DNA of 64,000 bases from NCBI GenBank assembly GCA_002269645.1, contig NIVC01001938.1, positions 1 to 64,000 of the forward strand. The letters run 5' to 3'. This DNA is from Macrostomum lignano (lineage: Eukaryota). Under the pieces are notes generated by a model, which was not told the DNA's origin, searched no databases, and was given only the letters and a program-made list of their open reading frames with translations. Below, piece after piece: positions 61,257 through 64,000 of this stretch. The first letter of the stretch is position 1. The number at the start of each line of letters is the position of its first letter. The translations under genes and the position numbers were made by a program.

Positions 61257-62695
61257 GCAATTGAAGACCCAAAAAGCACTTTTGCTGTATTTGAGAACCT
61301 GATATGAGATTCGTTTTTGAATAGTCTGAGCGCACTCGTCATTTAAATTTGATGAATATGCTAGAGAAGCTCGATCTGCATCCGATCGGAGATGTTACAA
61401 ACCCAGCGATGCATGACTAAACTAGAACAGATTGGACTCGATCTAAATCTGTCTGAGACTGAAAAAGAAATAATTAATGTGCGATAGAACCTGCCGATAT
61501 TGTTATATTGCGCATTCAGCTTGCTCCTATAAGCCTTCGGGCTTAAGTTTTGTTGCTAAACAAAGATATAATGGTGTTACAAGGCCTTGTAGCTTGTGGC
61601 AAATTAAGGCTTTGGGGAAGATGCCTCAATAGGAAATAATGCTGAGTTGCAAGGCTCAAAAGGGTCAATGTAAGAAGTACAACAACAATAAAAAAATATA
61701 AACAAAATATGCTGTCAGTTTCTTTAGAAAGCAGCGTCACAGGGTGGGCCAGAACGAAAGTCGAAACGCCGAGTGAGCGCCTGTCCCTGCCAGTAGGGTG
61801 CCTGTGGGTACGATAGGTACTGCGACCGTATAGATACGGTTGTAGAAAGGTACGTATATACGTAGATATACGTAGATACGTATAGATACGCTCGTACTAC
61901 GACCCTGCGCGGATGATGTGGCCTGCCAGCTGGAGTCGGTGACAGCACAAACAGGTCGCTTGGACCGACAGGGCGGCGCGGTGATAAATTAAGCGCCGTG
62001 TTGTTAACTCAACGTCGCAGCGTTGTTGATCGAGCGAGTCCGTCAGTGTCAAGGTCTCAGCGTTGAACTAACTAGGTCCTATAAGGAAATTGCTGAGATT
62101 CTTAGGCTCACGTGGGGGGATTGCTGATCATGCAGTGATCAGATAGGGTCAACGACTTTTTCTGCCTCAATTCGACTGCCAAGGACTTTTGGTTGCCATC
62201 ATGCAAGCCACTTGACTGCTGAGCATTTAACTGCCACAAAGTGGCTGCCTCTCCCGTACAGCAGCAAGCCGGCGTCGGCGACGTGTGGGCCGACGCTAGC
62301 TTTCCACTGATTCTCCCAATGATCCCGGGAGAACTCCCAAAAATCGTATCGGAGTGTATCGTATGAACTTAATGATTTGTTTCTATGCTTTTTATTAGTC
62401 ACTAGAGTACAGTTTACCATGATTTCTTGTATTCACCCTAAAAGGCCTTCACAATAGCGCCGACGTACATATACAAATAATAACGCATTTAATATAGGCA
62501 GTAGTGTATGTGATAATTTGGCATTAGTGAGGGTAGTTACATGTAGTTACTTTGAGCAGTCCCAAAGGACTGTGATCTAGCCACATGTACCTCCGGCCTA
62601 ATTTTTTTTGTTTTTTTGTTCTTAATTTTGTTCTTAAGATGAGCACCCGCCGCTCCCCATGATGAATATACATCTACACATGAATATACAGCGGA

Positions 62696-62875
62696 AACAA
62701 TTGCTCCAGTGAGCCAAAGGCGCCGAGAGTCTCCACAGCGACGACTGAAAGTGGTGGTGGTCGCCCAGGTCGGTGTACTTGGCTAACTTGCGGGCCTCGG
62801 CCGAGGTGGCAGTTGCGCGGGGGGCGACGGCAGAGGCGTGCATGCAGGTGACTTGGGGCCCGCGCAGCCTGTGTG
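62696..62875 (-). pseudogene. Remnant of the restriction-like endonuclease C-terminus of a non-LTR retrotransposon
   Basis: Reverse strand VTC...ATATSAEARKLAKYTDL...F and, shifted, VVAVETLGAFG, matching the AE.RK..KY..L...F.P.A.ET.G..G pattern of RLE-type LINE ORF2 ends. Confidence 0.5.
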
Positions 62876-64000
62876 CGTGATAGTCGCGTCCCAAGCCCAA
62901 AAAGCAAATATAAGTAATTTAGCATGTGTACGTATACGTATACTCTCATTGCACTCAGCACTCCAGGTCTATTTGTCTGGTGCACGCTATTCTGTGATTT
63001 GTTTTTGTATACGTCCTTTCAGACCATCACCAACTAACGCAAAACTGTATCAATTGAAACGCGTAATTTTGTAGACTTTCCAAGAAACTTTTCCGCTACT
63101 GATGGTAAAAAGAGCGTGTGCATTCAGCTGCGTCAGTGTGAACGTCTTACCTAGCTGAGCTCAACGCAACCATCTCAACTGAAAGAATAGGAAACAACCA
63201 GGCGTGACTAGGGCGTAGCCGTAGCCGTAGCATAGCTAAAAAAGGGATGAAATAAATAAAATCCGAGATACAATTCATTCCCCCCGGCCCCGGCCAATGC
63301 TTCCACTCCCAGTCCCAATAACATGTCATAGATAGCCAATAGGCCTACCAAAGCCATAGGTGACAGCACTATTTGTCATATAATATTTAAGTGATAAAAG
63401 ACTTGTATTGGTGATTTTTTCCCATTTTCGCCTATGTCATGTGATGATATGCCTGACATGCTTGATATTAGCTAATAGCCTATCACTCATAGGACTGGAC
63501 CTCAGACCTGTTTTCATATAGGCAGCTGATCTAGACCTAAGACCTAAACTAGACCCTGACCTAGTTTAGGCCCCTAATAAATTTTAACCAATATAGGTCC
63601 CTAAACTGGTAGGGGTAGGGCTAGGCCTAGTAGAACCTGAACTTTTCTTTGTCTACTTATCAAGGACAAGGTCTTCATTATTTATAATTAATTGAAATTT
63701 ATAATTATAATAGAGCCTAGGGCAGGGTCCAGTGATAAAAAAATTAATGCAATTTTAGGCCTTTTCCTTTATTGGCCTATATGGCTATAGGCCCTAATGG
63801 TGTAAGACTAAGATGGCCACAACATTGAATCTCTATTATATCTACTTTCTCTCTACCATAAATTAGCAACTTAATAGCTATTGTTTTATTATTATGCATT
63901 ATTTTTTGTTTTAATCAATCATATTTATAAATATTGATGCAATAATAGATTTGAAATTAATTATCCATAATACAAAAACTTTAATCTTTTTTGCATTTAT

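Noticed and set aside
63300-64000. AT-rich tail with scattered CTAGG/CCTA motifs
   Set aside because: No regular period, terminal repeats or coding signal could be established.

Overview
Eukaryotic (invertebrate metazoan) genomic DNA with spliceosomal GT-AG introns. The minisatellite-rich introns and Ala/Ser/Gln-rich proteins look flatworm-like (Macrostomum-type), which is an inference only. Bases 1 to ~14144 are a frameshift-riddled Polinton/Maverick (adintovirus-type) endogenous virus. It carries a major capsid protein, packaging ATPase, GasderminX-like protein, adenain, protein-primed PolB, an adenovirus pX-like ORF, a DDE integrase and a parvovirus-type PLA2. It appears to sit inside an intron of CYLD, whose 3' exons follow at 14177-15833. 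Downstream lie an orphan beta-propeller-like gene and DNAJC3/P58IPK with two tandem alternative last exons. Next come two tandem DSTYK-like genes (dynamin-like G domain, helical region, degenerate kinase): the first keeps the P-loop and NKxD motifs, the second has lost them. These are followed by two tandem tryptophan hydroxylase paralogs whose catalytic-core exons are almost identical while the flanking exons diverge, and a secreted fibrinogen-related gene. Introns hold many minisatellites, hAT-type MITEs, a nested Tc1 remnant and three tRNA-derived CORE-like SINEs. Exon boundaries and family calls were made by eye from motifs; no searches were run.
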